DNA of 64,000 bases from Azolla caroliniana (GCA_043228905.1 JBHGNT010000011.1:17856001-17920000), one strand, 5' to 3'; positions 12,733 to 25,342 are shown, numbered from the stretch's first letter. The notes: generated from the sequence alone by a model not told the origin. A program made the numbers and translations.

Positions 12733-15700
12733 TTGTTGCTGTTGTTGCTGTTGCTGCTGTTGCTGCTGCTGCTGTTGCTGTTGTTGTTGTTGTTGTTGTT
12801 GCTGCTGCTGCTGGTTCTGTTGTTGTTGCTGTTGAGATAAATTCGTAAGACTTGAAGAGGGTTGCTGAAGCATAGCTGGTTGTTGAATCAACGACTGTGA
12901 CTGTTGAGGCTGTAGGATTGATTGTTGTTGGTATTTTTGTTTCAATAACTGGTGCATGCGCTGTTGGGATAACAGAGTATGGGACGACTGTTGTTGCTGT
13001 TGCTGCTGCTGCTGCTGCTGCTGTTGTTGGAGCTGTTGCTGTGGTTGTTGGGGAAGCTGTTGCTGTTGAAGCTGCTGATGTGGTAGTGACTGCTGAAGCT
13101 GTTGTTGTTGAAGTTGCTGCTGTGGTAGTGACTGCTGAAGCTGTTGTTGTTGCTGCTGAAGAAGGGGCTGTTGAAGCTGCTGCTGTTGCTGGGTTGTTTG
13201 TTGTTGCTGTTGCTGTTGTTGTTGCTGAAGTTGCTGCGCTCCTTGCAACTGCTGTTGTTGTTGCTGCTGCTGCTGTTGGAGTTGCTGAGTCCCTGGCAAC
13301 TGTTGTTGCTGTTGTTGTATCAGTGGTGCTTGAGGTTGTGATGCTGCCTGAGGTTGTACCACAGGCAATACTGGCACTGGCTGTGATTGTTGCATTTGCT
13401 GCTGCTGTGGTTGTGCATTAACTAATTGTTGCTGTTGAAGATGTGGTTGCATTATCGAGCCAGGATGTGCTGCTGATCCTCCACCCGTTACCGCTTGTTG
13501 TTGTTGCTGCTGCTGTTGTTGTCTTGCCATCTGTAACCTCTGTTTCAACAGGGCATTGTTCGTGTTAAGTGCACTGCCACTTATATTTGGTACACTAAGG
13601 TTCGGCTGTCCTGTGACATGTTGCAAAGAAGCCGTTTGTTGGGCAGTATGTTGACCCATGCTAGCAACACTTGAAGCCAAACCAGATGAGCTTTGTATTC
13701 CACTAGCCATTGGCATGCCAGCAGGCGGAGCAGATTGAGGATTTTGCTGCCATGACTGAACTTGACCTATACCTGAATTCATATTCTGTGTTTGACTCTG
13801 CGGTGGATGTTGTTGCAAGGGGATCATAGCTGCACACAAGTTTTCACAGTAAACAAGTCATATCATGTATCACAACATGAGCACTTCCACATATACTCTA
13901 CTTTATTATATCTGATGCTAATATATATTACCTATACGGGTGACAGCATAATGACTAGTTGAAAAATGCTTAATCCCACGTGTATATTATCCCATACGAG
14001 TGGTGGTATATATGATGTATGGCTGCAAAACATTTCTATATTTACATGTCTCCTATTTCACTGTATTCATGGGCCACTATTTGCACAACCAGAAATAGGA
14101 AAGAGTGCCTGAACACGCATACTAAGGACATGAAAGAATAAGTAGAACATAGTGTGGACATTTATGATAAAGTATACATGAACCAATATGAGAAATCTTC
14201 ATAGATGTCCTTTTCAATGTGAGGTTAAGAGATACATTATTCATAAAGATTTTATCCTCATCGTCAAGCTATGGAAACTCTAGGCATTCTATTTCAGCCA
14301 GAAATGTGTCTTTTGTTGTAAAAAACAGTAAACCAGAAAACCAGTCACACACAAAGGTCATATTTCAAGTTACTGTGTATTTTCACAGTTGAGGACTTCA
14401 AAGTCAAGAAATTTGAGAAAACTTTACTATCAGCCATGTGCCTTTTCGTGCATCATACTAGTAAGAAAATCCAGAAAAAAAAAGCAAAATTTAGCATTGA
14501 ATATATAAGTTAATTTTAGACGAACTAAATGGAGAGAGAAATCAAATTCACATGTAGAATGCATGCACTACAGTTAAATTCCGAGTTATATATTTGCATT
14601 ATATTTAAGTGTAACATTGTGTCAGCAAATAAAATGCAGACAATAACTGGAGAGAGAGAGAGAGAGATGTGAAGCTATGTAGATCCGTACATGTACTACG
14701 GTTAAATTCCGAGCTATATATTTGCATTATTTTTAAGTGTAACTACGTAGAATGCATGTATACAGTTAAATTCCGAGCTATATATTCGCATTATTTTTAA
14801 GTGTAACATTGTGTCAGCAAATAAAATGCAGAAAATAACTGGAGAGAGAGAGAGAGATGTGAAGCTATGTAGATCCTTACAAGTATCCATTGGTTGGGTA
14901 GAGCTTTGAGATGTAACAGTTGAACTTGTGGACAAAGCACCAGCATTCGCTCCACTCTGTGTCCGCGACTCCAAGTTGAGCATCTTCAATGATATTTTCT
15001 TTAGGTAATCGTGCTATAAAGATTAAGATCAAAAATAGGCAAAAAATTAATAATACCAATAATAAAACAAGAAAATGTGATGAATGTGGAGCAAACTTTA
15101 TGTAGCTATACCTGATCAGTGGCAGCAAAGAATATTTTCTCCTCAAAACGAGCAGCAATTTTCAGAAGTTCAGTCATGCCATCTTGGCCAGAGAGGGGCA
15201 TATGCCTTTGCAACGTATCCATTCTATGTGCACAAAAACACATCATTTGAATTGCTTTCAAGAAAATATTCTCTCACAAATTATTTCTCACATTGGTTCA
15301 CCTCACATGCATTGGTCAAGACACATGGCCTACACATAACATTTACACATGGCCTATACATTGGTTCGTATGGCATTTCAGACAGTATTCACATTGTTGA
15401 TCGCCCTCTTACATCTATTCTAAGCAAATAATAATAACGACAATCCCAATGCATCGCCGTTCTATATCTACTCGAAGAAAAAATAACAATGGGCAAGACC
15501 AATGCATCATTAGTTATATCTCCAAAAAGAACGAAGTTTTCTCAAGGAATTGTCCAGACATTTTTCATAATTCTGTTAAGTTATTAACCCGGCACACGCA
15601 TACATGCACGCAATACTTAATCAGGTCAAGAATATTAGCAGAGACTAATTAGGCATGTATTCATCAGCCACGCAACACATACACACAATCACTCAACAGA

Positions 15701-16010
15701 TCAAGTATACATGTCTTCTCCCCTCATACATGTCTTCTCCCCTCATTGCTTCGTGCATAATAACAATTACATCCATTTTTACGCGAGACAGAACAAACAA
15801 GAGAGGAACCCCTTTTCTTATGTAGAGAGAAGATCAAAAGATCATCATCAGAGGAACGCAAGAGACTGGTTTTCGTCTTTTTTTTTTGTTTTTATTTTGG
15901 GGGGGGGGGTGGGGGGGAGGGATCAGAAGGAAGAACAGAAATAGTTACATCCTGTTGACGATCTTATGCCGTGAGTCCTGAGTGAGGGTGGATCTCCAGT
16001 TGCTGTCCAT
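6960..16010 (-). CDS. MED15: Mediator of RNA polymerase II transcription subunit 15 (MED15a/NRB4-like), 11 coding exons
   Basis: Exons 16010-15949, 15223-15112, 15013-14881, 13829-12126, 12041-11974, 11498-11424, 10752-9439, 9072-8467, 7961-7773, 7339-7248, 7155-6960, all GT-AG and in frame. KIX domain: MDSNWRSTLTQDSRHKIVNRIMDTLQRH...ELLKIAARFEEKIF...DYLKKISLKML. Q-rich middle, then KMQALKEKYL and VEAFEKQIV. C-terminal ALEEEINHINEQLID, PISPLRLFIPSHYPDCSP and [32 protein letters not shown]. Confidence 0.95.
12634..12813 (-). repeat. Uninterrupted 60-codon CAG/CAA polyglutamine tract in MED15 exon 4
   Basis: 180 nt of mixed ttg/ctg on the + strand between a Leu codon (12631-12633) and an Asn codon (12814-12816). 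Further Q runs occur at about 12560-13520 and 10450-10565. Confidence 0.95.
14551..14880. repeat. Local direct duplication (about 135 bp plus a partial third unit) at the start of MED15 intron 3
   Basis: The tagaatgcatg...cagttaaattccgag...gtgtaacattgtgtcagcaaat...(ga)n tgtgaagctatgtagatcc unit occurs at about 14555-14690 and 14747-14877. It is present only once in the duplicate near 25770-25950. Confidence 0.85.
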
Positions 16011-16107
16011 GGTGTTTTTCTTCTCCTTCGGTCTCTGTATTCTTCTTTTTCTTCGGAGAACAGAGGAGCAGGAGGAGAGACAGAGGAGGAGAAGAAATCA
16101 AGTATAC

Positions 16108-16140
<33 letters not shown>

Positions 16141-16420
16141 TGTATGTATGTATGCATGTATGTATGTATGACCCAAAAAGAGTGCATAGAGTCAAAAAGT
16201 CATGTTGAATTATATTCCCTTGGGCCATCACACAAACGTGTTTCCTCGACTCACACAAGACTCTCTTTTTATCACTTTCATCTCTCTTTTTTCGTCCTTC
16301 TTCTCTTGGAATACTATGGATATGTTACGTGTAGTTCAAACTTACAGTTTCTCGTTCGTTGTTGGCTATATAGAAATGTAATGCAAGACAATGTCAAGCT
16401 CTGATTTGTCACTTGTTACT

Positions 16421-16843
16421 TGTTGTCCGTATAAGAGGTACGGGGATAGATGAGTGCGAGTCTTTGGGTGAAACGTATTGGTATACGTGTATGTGTAATT
16501 TGCACAAGAGTGAGTATGAATGTTCGTATTGTATGAACACATGTACATGTGTGTGCATGTGTGTAAAATATGAAAGAGTGTGAATGAGTTGGGTGTGTAA
16601 AGGGATAGAGGGGTATCCACTCCTGTGGATCACATTGAGGTATGATCCTCTTTTCCTATATAACCCCATATGGGGCATGAATAATGGCAACAAGAAGCTT
16701 CCTCTCTAATCTCTCTCTCCCCCTCACGCTCAACCCCTTGGGAGGGGGGTGGGACAATGCCTTGCACGTTGAACCCATCGTGCCCTTAGCAATTATCCAA
16801 AATATTTAATATGTTTGGCTCTCTCTAAGTGAACTCTTCAACA
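16421..16843. mobile_element. Solo-LTR-like segment upstream of MED15
   Basis: Begins TGTTG and ends CAACA, with an internal TATA-like cctatatataac (~16655). It starts exactly where copies A and B stop aligning. No target-site duplication (TSD) or primer-binding site is recognisable. Confidence 0.35.
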
Positions 16844-17794
16844 ACCTTGTCCTCATTTTGATTCGGCTCCTCCTTTGTCTCCTACTCTTGTTGTTGCTCC
16901 AACTTTTCTTCTTCCTTTGGCTGCTACTCTTTGCCATTCGCTTTCAGCAAATCCTCTTCAGTAATTCGAGCCAACTCGGACTGGTCCTCCAAGTTCGGCG
17001 TCCACACTTTAATCGGTTGCTAGCCGTTTCGGCTTCACTCCTTGTTCGTTTTCCACTCCAAAGGGTATCAATCAATAATGTCAAACAAATAGTTAATGCA
17101 TAACCACTTGTTCAACTATGGTCTACATGGTTTTATTTTGGACATAAAGATACAGAGGTGGTTGTTGCGTACAAGGTTCAAGAGTGGTTTTTGCAAACAA
17201 CCCCTCTTCTAATGGCTAAGTTTATAACTTTGTGTATATTTTAATAATTGGGAAGCATCATCCACCAAACAAGGCTAATTCTGAGGACATCGTTGCCTCT
17301 ATAAGGGGAAGAGTCCAAAATAACCCAAAAACGTTGTTGTATTACTTGAGTGTCCTAAGTTTTGTTAAGAATTTGTTGGGCATCACATCTTGAATGCTAC
17401 AAATTGGGAATACATAGAAGACCCTATTAGCTAAGACTGACATTGTGCTCTACAGATCAAGAGTAAGATAGAGTGTTTTTTAAGTAGTTAACTTATACAT
17501 TAGCAACTCAAGAGTAGTTGATTCTCACTCTCTCAACTTGCCAATGAAAGAGTAGATAGTGGTGCATTCCCACACCTCAAGGTGGCTCTCAAGAAGTACA
17601 TCCAAGTAAGAAATAGCTTTCGGTGATGACAACAAAAGATGCTCCATCTTTGGCACCATTGTTAAGAAATAGAAACTAGCCATGAACTTTCCACAAGCAC
17701 ATACCATGATGGAGCTTGTGGAAGAGCCACCTACCAACTTGAACTTGTCATTCTTTTATTTATTAGTGATGAACTTCGCAACACTAAAACACAT

Positions 17795-18042
17795 CTCTTA
17801 ATTGACAACGTTCTTCCTCGACATCCATATCGTTGGGTTGAAGGATAGTAGCAAATTGGATGAGAATGGTTCGCTGTCAATCTTGAACCTCTAGCTTTGC
17901 TACTACTTGCACTTGCTCTCTTAATCGACAACGTTCTTCCTCGACATCCATATTGTTGGGTTGAAGGATAGTAGCAAATTGGATGAGAATGGTTGTCTGT
18001 CAATCTTGAACCTCTAGCTTTGCTACTACTTGCGCTTGCTCT
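17795..18042. repeat. Two-copy direct tandem repeat, unit about 123 bp
   Basis: The unit ctcttaat(t/c)gacaacgttcttcctcgacatccatat...gaacctctagctttgctactacttgc(a/g)cttgct occurs twice and is followed by a (CT)n run. Confidence 0.9.
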
Positions 18043-18781
18043 CTCTCTTTTCTCTCTCTCTCTCTCTCAATAGAAAATAATTATTAAACAATATACACAT
18101 ATGAAGGTTGAGAAACAATAACACACCACTTATATTATTGAAGAATGCTGAAATCCCCTTGAGGCGCGACTATTCCATCAAACAACCGTATGTTGAAGGA
18201 GTGTTTTACCAACTACCAAACAAACATGACACACAATCTCTCCCCCAACTTTCTTTCGTCTATCCTCTCAATTGGTCAAAAGCCCTTAGGATGTTGGTAG
18301 AATTACAATTATGATACCTCTTAATTATGAATAGTATACTACATGATTTTCAGCCATTTATCTAATATTGATCTTTTGCCCCGCCCATCCCCTAGAATCC
18401 CATACCTTTTCCATCCACAAAACAATAACAAATTTGGTGGTTGATGGCTCTTATTCATATGTCATGGTTGTAACTTGTCACAAAAATGAATCCTTACTGA
18501 AATTGGATGAGTACTATTCTAGAATGGATTGAGGTTTTATTCTAAATTATGAAACATTCACAAATTTAAAAGAACCGGTATAATGTAGTCTTCTTGAAGG
18601 AATCAAATACCAGAGCACTTCATCTCTCTTTTTCAGAAGACAACAGATCCAAAAGGCTTAGGTAATAAAACTGTCACTAGAGAATCTATCGGCTTGTCAA
18701 TCGTCAAATACTATTCTAGGAAAGTTTAAACATAAGCGGAATGCCACAGTGAAAGGGATGTGGAAAGAGAAGGGCCTCCAA

Positions 18782-18869
18782 AGGAAGGAGAGGGATTTGA
18801 ACCCTCGATAAACAACGATCTACTTTGCATTTTCGGTGCCACACGTTAAGCCCCTCGGTCACCCCTTCC
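18782..18869 (-). pseudogene. Degenerate class-II (long variable arm) tRNA-Ser-like sequence, possibly organelle-derived
   Basis: Reverse complement: GGAAGGGG-TG-ACCGAGGGGCTTAACGT-G-TGGCA-CCGAAAA-TGCAA-AGTAGATCGTTGTTTATC-GAGGG-TTCAAAT-CCCTC-TCCTTCC. The acceptor stem and T arm are good and the layout resembles plastid trnS-GGA. The D stem and anticodon arm have mismatches. Confidence 0.6.
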
Positions 18870-19592
18870 TTTTAAGGTCTACTTTTTCAAATACTCTTGA
18901 CACATTCTAGAGATTTCGGTAGCAAAAGTTGCAAGCAAGATGGTGATCCACACATAAAGATCAAATAGTTCTAATTCTTTTACGCACAAATCTAGTATTC
19001 ACTACTCCAGATTATTCTTAGAGATATCAGTGATATTTGAGATTGGCATAATATAAAGCAAGAATATTGTACATATGAATCTTCTCTATACCATAGAAAT
19101 CCTTTTTACGTTTGAATGGGTAGAATTCGAGAAGAAGAAAAACACATGGTTTGTTTTTTTGGGAAGGTTACCATAAACAAGCTTCAACACTCTCTGTTTC
19201 TCCATCCATCAAAAGGAGATTAATCTATTACACTATTTTTTAATCTCTGGTTGCAAATTAAAACACGTAAAATGATGTGCAACATACTTTATCACTTCAT
19301 TGCTTTCTCCTACCAGCAGACACCAAAAGCATTATTTTATTAGTAATCTCAATCAATACAACTTAATACAACAAAATCAAGTGGACCATGAGAGGAAAAT
19401 CAAGTGGAATTGATTATGCCCAGATCTTAGACAAACAACCCTTCATTTGATAAAGACTTCCATAATTCTAGCAGATATTTTCCTACAAGTTTTGCCCGAT
19501 TAGTGAAAGAGAGAGCGAGAGAAGCTTCTACATATTATAGGGATGGTGCGATTCGGTAGGGTAAATTCATTAGGAGTTATGGAACGCATTGC

Positions 19593-20870
19593 CGTTGTTG
19601 TAAAGGGGCCTATTTACGACGTTTGAAAGTTTCCATTATGCTGACTATTTGTTTCTCAAATGCTTCAACCTTAATTTGGTTGAATTCCTTTGGGAGCCGC
19701 AAGGAATGGGATCATTCGTTGCAGAACAGTCTTGTAGCTCGATAATTTAGCATATTGTTTGTGTGGCATCGACTGAATTAGGATGGCAGAGTAAGTAGCA
19801 TAACTATGATTTTATATTGAATGCATATAAAAACTAACATGCAACATCAAATTTGAAACTTTTTCACACATGACAGGATGTTTTCACCCTAGAATTTACT
19901 CTGATGAAAGGCCTTAAGTGAATCAACATACCAAAACACATGTATACAGACGAATATGTGGATGTCTTGATGGGTGCTTGCAGTTAATGCAGTTCTTAAT
20001 AGAGACAAAATAAGCTTCTATTATTTTCTACAAATGTGTTCTGATATAAAAACATTCGATTCGTTTCAGCCAAAAATCCTCCATGAAATCAAATATTAAC
20101 ATTGCAATGATCATTCCCCCAATAAATGCAAGATGAAGTTATTGATTCCAATGTCAATGACAAGATTAAGATCTGAAACAAATATAGTCTTGATCAAAAA
20201 GGAAAACGAGAACAAGTTTGAGGTTTCAGGACCAAGTCCATAGTGATTCCAAGAAGAACATGCAAGATCAAGATTTCCAGGTTTCAATATCACAATCACC
20301 CTTTGCATTGCAAGATTGAAAGTCAATGATATCATTAAGCTATAGAGAAAATTCCTGCAAACCTCACCATACGAGTGAACGCTATACATATCCCAAGTGT
20401 TAAAAACCTCCCCATACAAGTGAAACATTTGAACATGTTTCAGGCGGCTTGACAGAAGTTTTTAGTATTGTTCGTAACTGTACCTATTGGCTTCTTTTTG
20501 CAAGCAAATTACAAAGATCCTTCGAGCCATCAAGGTACCTCTCCTTCAAAGCCTGCATCTGCAATAACACAATGAAGCATGTGGACAGTCTCAGCAAGAT
20601 GATTAAACTGTTAAAACAAACTACTTACACAAACACCATAAAAATCGATAGAACTTCAAACAAAAAAGGGATAGTTAAGAGTTGCAAACTAATGGCCAAA
20701 AACCAGGAACAAAACATAATCTGAATGCACTGCAAAACACACATGATTCTTAAATAGCCTCCCGATCTTAGTATGTGTACATTTTCATAGTATCATGAAA
20801 GTTCAAGTATATATGCTTTACCAGATGAAGCTTCTGTCATTCTCGGCTGGAATTGAACCAGATGAAACTT
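19593..20870 (-). pseudogene. Old MED15 paralog fragment (start of exon 7, intron 6, exon 6, end of exon 4)
   Basis: 19593-20725 aligns with 10560-11665 and 20785-20858 aligns with 12088-12163. CAG>TAG stops occur after KRRK and at the end of exon 6, and there is a 15-bp deletion (PKGNLPKE>PKE). Confidence 0.9.
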
Positions 20871-22839
20871 CTGTATAACTTCTTTCAAATCTATATATGA
20901 ACACATACATACATTACAATTTACATACATACATGTCAGTCACATAGTCAAAAAAGTCATGTTGAATTATATACATATTCCTTTCACACACAAATGAAAC
21001 AAGAGTTATGAAGATTGATTGATCCCTCTCTAATCGAGATTGATGCAACATATCACTAAGGGGACACACTTCCAGAAAGTTAGAACCAGAATAGAGATGT
21101 CGAATCAATTGTCTATGTCTCTGTATCTCAGTGTTTTAAGTAAAGCCCTTTGCCGAATATAGCAGGACTCATGACTCACAAAAACATTGGAAATATTTGG
21201 AAATGGAGGATAAATGCGGCACGAGTATTGATGCCGACAAATGTCCTCAACAAGTACATGATGCAAAGGCTTGTCAAATGGAACATTATGGCTTCTATTG
21301 GTATGTCGTGTTTGAATTGTGAGGATGACAATGAATTGTTTGAATTGCATGAAGCTTGACATAAGTTTTTCAAAATGAAGGATCAACATGATAGTTTCCC
21401 TACTTTTATGGCAAGCTATTTTGTTTATACCATATAGATGGAAAACATGAAAGGGCTAATTAGATATAAATATATGTACAAAGAGGCAATGCAATGTCTT
21501 TGGGATTCCTGTTGCTATGTGTCATGATAATATGTGTTGAAATGATGTCCTAAATTTTATGCATATAATTCTCAAACAAATATCAGACTCTTTGCATGCA
21601 AAATTTGGCAAATTATAAAATGGGGTCAAATGAAAGTAAGATATTTAGAAAACTATCAAGGAGACTTTGTTCTACATTCAAGGGTGATTATGAAATAACA
21701 TTAGTGTTCACTACTATAAAAAAGATTTTTGGGATTTGGACAGAGATTTTGCATAATTTCTGAGGTTCTTTGAATAATATAAAAGGTAATAAGCAACAGG
21801 CAAAGCTCAACCGATTGGAGTTTCATGCCACCTGGGACAAAGACATGTTTTATAAACGGATTTCTAATAAGGTGGAGTGGTTCTATTTTACATTGAAGTA
21901 TTTATTTAAGCCAACAATTACAATTTAGGAATAAGAGGCTCATTATTGAAAGGTACATCTTGTATGTACATATAGCCTTAGGACGTTTTCTTAATACTAA
22001 TTTAGTATCTTCTTTTGGAAAAAAAAGTACTCACCACTATATATTTGTTCCAGCATAATTGTTTAGATAGTCCTGATATAGCCAACTTTAGGAACATCTG
22101 TCAAAGACACATTCTTTCTCGAGTACTTGATAATCATTCATAGAGGTCTCTCTCTCTCGGATTTCGCAAGGACAAGAATTTTTAGTTGGGCAAGTGCGCA
22201 CCATCTTGCTCTATGATTCAATGTTAACGGGTGTGGTAAAAGGAAATATATTCTAGAAACACATAACTATCTTGAAATCACAAGTGGCCTTCTATGTGAT
22301 GATAGATGATATATCAATAGTATATGATAGATTAAGGCTTATTCAAGGGTGTTGTTCCTTATTCCATTGCATTATTCTCTATACATGCACAAATGGTTCC
22401 AATTTATTAGTTTGCAAAATAAAAATTATTACAATTGAATCAAGTTTGAAGTCGTAAGTAGATCGCAATTAATCATCGACAACAGAGTTTGAATCCTACC
22501 TCTATTATGTTTCGAATTCATGACTTGGCTTTATTCCCTTTTACTTTGTGCAAGTGTTGATAAGATAATTGTTTCTCACTTATGCTTTGGAATGCTTTTT
22601 GAGGCCCCTCTTCATTATGTTGTCCTCTCATTCTTGTACTAGAATAAGAGAAACAATAAAAAAATACTAGTTTCTCTAGCCAAAATTGATTAGGGATTCT
22701 CAATTTTATTTACATGTTCCATTCTCTGCATTATCATAGAATAATAGCTTTTTCTAAGTGTAAGGACAAACAACAATACTAGGTTCGGAGATATATTTTC
22801 ATGTTATCTTGTCTGTTGTACAAACTAGTCCTACCATAA

Positions 22840-23390
22840 CAAGAGAAAACAACCTAGAATAATACAAAGAGACGTTGTAGATTCAACATTATGTTGTGGC
22901 CCTAAGGGCATTGTTTTTTCATCCAAAGTCAGAGTTTTCCATAAATACTACTTATTAGCATTTTGATTTTTCAATGACAGTTGGTTAAACGTACAATCTT
23001 TAAAATTTGGGCCTACCCAAGGTCGGTGCCAATGGGAAAACGAGTCTTGATCCTTTCATGGAAATCATCATGTGATGGGTTTTTTCACAACTGGATAAAT
23101 AAATAATATTTATGATCATCTTATACCCACTCATTTATTGATTTGGTTGACATGTCTTTTTGTTGCATACCAAGTTGTGGGTGGTTTCCATTGGTCATTG
23201 CTAGTTTAATTGTATCATAGTAATGTAGGTAGTGACCATATTAAGAGTGTCTCAAGAAGGTCTAAAATGCAAGTATTTTATAATAAAAGGATAAAATTAG
23301 TGTATTTTATTTGTGTGATCATCAAAATGTGATATAATATTTTAATATGATTGTAGCGAAATCCCAAGAGAAGCTAGACTATCAAATATT
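22840..23390. repeat. Dispersed degenerate repeat, probably a transposon remnant, with related copies at about 29990-30150 and 35270-35870
   Basis: Shared strings include agaaaacaac..agaataata.aaagag, gttttttcatcca, agagttttccataaat, tttggttgaca, caagttgt, agtgaccat and atcccaagagaagc. No recognisable protein domain. Confidence 0.6.
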
Positions 23391-23520
23391 TTTAATGTAA
23401 CAAATATTATTGATAAATTGAGATCTCACGAACAATATGAAATTTTTGGTGGGATCTCTCTCTTTGATTGCTTTTGTCCTATTATGTATAATACATCAAA
23501 CTTTTTGACATTGTTATTAA

Positions 23521-23890
23521 TAACAATTGGCAACAGTTCAGTTTGAACCAAACCGAACCGTGAAACCATGGCTTAACGGTTTAAATGGTTCGATTCTATT
23601 CGATTTCTACTGTTAAAAACCACGGTTTAAACGATTTAACAATAAAAATTTTTAAAATTAAAAAAATTGTTTTTCAACAATCTTCTCATTTTCAGGCCTT
23701 ATTCTCACATTTTCGGAAAATCTTTAAAATTTTAAAATTTTAAAATTTGACCTAAGCTCGAAAACCGAAACCGAACCACGAAACTGCGGTTTTACCAGTT
23801 TAATGGCTTAACAGTTTGAACATTTTTTAATGGTTCGGTTCGGTTTTGACCATCTCGAACTGAACCGAACCGAACCCTTGCCGATTCTTA
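23521..23890. mobile_element. hAT-type MITE, copy 1
   Basis: Terminal inverted repeats TAACAATTGGCAAC...TTGCCGATTCTTA, subterminal AACCG/CGGTT arrays and an AT-rich core. 8-bp TSD GTTATTAA (23513-23520) / GTTGTTAA (23891-23898), one mismatch. Confidence 0.8.
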
Positions 23891-24706
23891 GTTGTTAACT
23901 CATTCCATCAACATGCTTCACCAAATCCACAACAAGAGACTTCTTGCAATTGGCCACTATTTATAAACAACTCCTTCACCAAATCTTCAAACAATCGATA
24001 TTGGTGCTTTATAGCCATCGTGATCGCGAAAATGCAACACCCCAAAGTATGAGTCATGTTGGCCCCTTGGAGTAAACTCAATTCAATAGAGTGATGGTAT
24101 GCTTGTTTAATTGCCAATGTTTCAATAACTCTTCGATTCCTTCGCCACAACTTGTGCAACGTATCAAAATGCATAACCTCGACGCTCTAATACAATGTCA
24201 TATTGTCAAAACACATTGGGATCACAACAGCGGTTTCTTGACAAGAAGACAACAAAGAAGAACATCAAAGAAATAGTATGCAAGAATAGATGTTGAGTAT
24301 AAGGACTTAGGACAACTTCCTTTGCTGTGTGTATTATGTATGTATGTATGTATGTATGTATGTATGTATGTATGTATGCATGTCCCTATATGTATTTATT
24401 GCGTATATGAATCTGAATAGCTGGTTTTACTGGGAGATCTACCAAAATATCTCTAATCAATCATTCATGGCCGCACAATGTTGTGTGTGTGTGTATGTGT
24501 GTGTATGTGTGTGTATATATATGTATCAGTATGTATGTGTATGTACGTGTGCACATATATGTGTGGTTGTATGTACACATGAGGATATCTATATATATTG
24601 CGTTTCCAGAAAAAAATATATAGTTATGGTATATCTGCTTTTGTGAGTTACATCTTCAAGTGGTGTGCATATCTGTATACATACAGGTTCTTTTGCCGCA
24701 CAAGAG

Positions 24707-25342
24707 ATGAACTTGTGGTTTCTCTCTGCTGCTATTCTTTCAGCAGCCATTGTGTTAGCTCAATTAGAAATCATTACAGAAAGTAATGAGGAGGGGACAT
24801 TGAAGTCAATTACGTTCAGGTATCCGACCTTCATATTAGCACCAGGACAAGTACAGAACAAGTTCTATTATGGGATTCCATTTCCCAAAGGACACATTGC
24901 AATAAGAGAGTTCAATGCTGAGGTGATCTATGAAGATTGGAACCCAGTCCCATGAAGCGATGTTTATCTCCATCACTGGGTAGTTATGAATTATCAGAAA
25001 AATGTTACAAATGGCTTCAGCCTTCTTGGAAAAGATGGGGTTTGTCCCAACAAGGTACTTAGCCAACTATATGTTGGGAAAACTATATGGCCTGCCTTCC
25101 GAGACGCACCATACAAACACATCCTTACCTAGTCCATATGGTGTCGAAGTCGGAGTCTATGATGACGAGGCATGGCTCTTCAATCTTCATGCCATCGATA
25201 CACGAGGTACTGTAGACCCATTGGGGTGCCTGAAATGTAGGTGTGATCTCTACAATGTTACCATTGATGAGTACGGTCAGGAAATAAGCGAGGATTTTAT
25301 TGGAGCTCTTTTGTGTTGCTATGATGGCACACAGTGTCTGTT
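24707..25342 (+). pseudogene. Truncated, disrupted SURNod19 duplicate
   Basis: Aligns with 31552-32168. It has a TTA>TGA stop at 24953-24955 and a frameshifting insertion near 25066-25090, and it is cut off at the telomeric junction. Confidence 0.92.

Larger units (their letters stand above)
14154..25342. repeat. Tandem segmental duplication, copy A (MED15 intron 3 through exon 1, intergenic DNA, SURNod19 5' part)
   Basis: Collinear blocks: 14154-16280 ~ 25354-27348; 16285-16420 ~ 27940-28080; 20735-23005 ~ 28520-30152; 24380-25342 ~ 31180-32168. Confidence 0.9.

Noticed and set aside
12245-13421. Poly-Leu, poly-Val/Ala and Thr-rich ORFs
   Set aside because: They are alternative-frame or antisense readings of the MED15 CAG/CAA tracts.
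15923-16404. ORFs with HTYI/MYVC repeats (also near 24329, 26933 and 30954)
   Set aside because: They are translations of (TATG)n microsatellites.
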